From assembly GCA_000004985.1 (NCBI GenBank), contig GG738886.1: DNA of 64,000 nucleotides; one strand, 5' to 3'. Source of the DNA: Naegleria gruberi. Taxonomy: Eukaryota. This document shows, one piece after another, positions 63,805 through 64,000 of this stretch; positions within the stretch are counted from its first letter, which is position 1; each line of letters opens with the position of its first letter. The position numbers and the translations under genes were made by a program. The notes under the pieces are model-generated. The model saw nothing but the letters and a program-made list of their open reading frames with translations, made no database searches and was not told the origin of the DNA.

Positions 63805-64000
63805 TTATTTCTTCTTGGTAACTGTTGACTTTTTTGTGGCAGTAGTGGACTTTTTCTTGACAACAATATCGTCTGGTTTAACATCCATGGCAACAACTTT
63901 AGTTTTTGTGGTAGTTGGTGTTGTTGTTGTAGTTTTTGTTGTTGAAGGAGTTGTTGTTGTGGTGACGGTAGCTGGAGTGGTAGTAGTTGGTGTGGTTGTT
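63805..64000 (-). CDS. 3' end of a Thr/Pro-rich (mucin-like) protein gene that extends beyond the window. Partial.
   Basis: The minus-strand frame reads ...TTTPTTTTPATVTTTTTPSTTKTTTTTPTTTKTKVVAMDVKPDDIVVKKKSTTATKKSTVTKKK* with its stop at 63805..63807. That is 17 bp from the convergent oxygenase stop. Confidence 0.35.
   Translation of the reverse strand, partial: TTTPTTTTPATVTTTTTPSTTKTTTTTPTTTKTKVVAMDVKPDDIVVKKKSTTATKKSTVTKKK

Overview
This 64 kb window is an AT-rich (roughly two-thirds A+T), gene-dense nuclear segment from a microbial eukaryote, not a prokaryote. It uses the standard genetic code and has spliceosomal introns (GTAAGT/GTATGT ... YAG, with CTAAY/CTCAAC-like branch motifs). 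Most introns are 45-145 nt, and there is a recurring class of tiny 37-40 nt introns. I count about 35 protein-coding genes on both strands, roughly one per 2 kb, with several stop-to-stop gaps under 50 bp. There is also one tRNA-Phe(GAA), two intact dispersed 5S rRNA genes and one degenerate 5S-like fragment. Recognisable products include two tandem hybrid histidine kinases, a heterotrimeric G-alpha subunit, an RGS-domain protein, a WrbA-type quinone oxidoreductase, gamma-glutamyltranspeptidase, a phospholipase-D-like HKD protein, an ABC1/ADCK kinase, a Kintoun/PIH1-like protein, an RFWD3-like RING/WD40 ligase, a divergent di-ubiquitin, a glyoxalase/VOC protein, a 2OG-Fe(II) oxygenase, a Bet v1-like/SRPBCC protein, F-box and LRR proteins, and repeat proteins with DUF4116-like motifs. 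The lineage cannot be fixed from the sequence. Hybrid histidine kinases argue against animals, the intron signals look fungal-like, and a Kintoun/DNAAF2-like gene hints at a lineage with a flagellated stage. The most unusual items are four apparent chimeric architectures, a rearranging histidine-kinase pair and a small RNA/ubiquitin island. The chimeras are a mitofusin/dynamin-like GTPase fused to a protein kinase, a Sec7 ArfGEF domain sitting inside a split Ras-like GTPase, a cathepsin-B protease joined to an EGF-like repeat stalk with a GPI/TM tail, and an F-box fused to an AAA module. The kinase pair shows gene-conversion tracts and gain or loss of tiny introns. The island holds the 5S genes, the di-ubiquitin and an inverted pair of small ORFs. 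All domain calls rest on motif recognition by eye; no searches were run.
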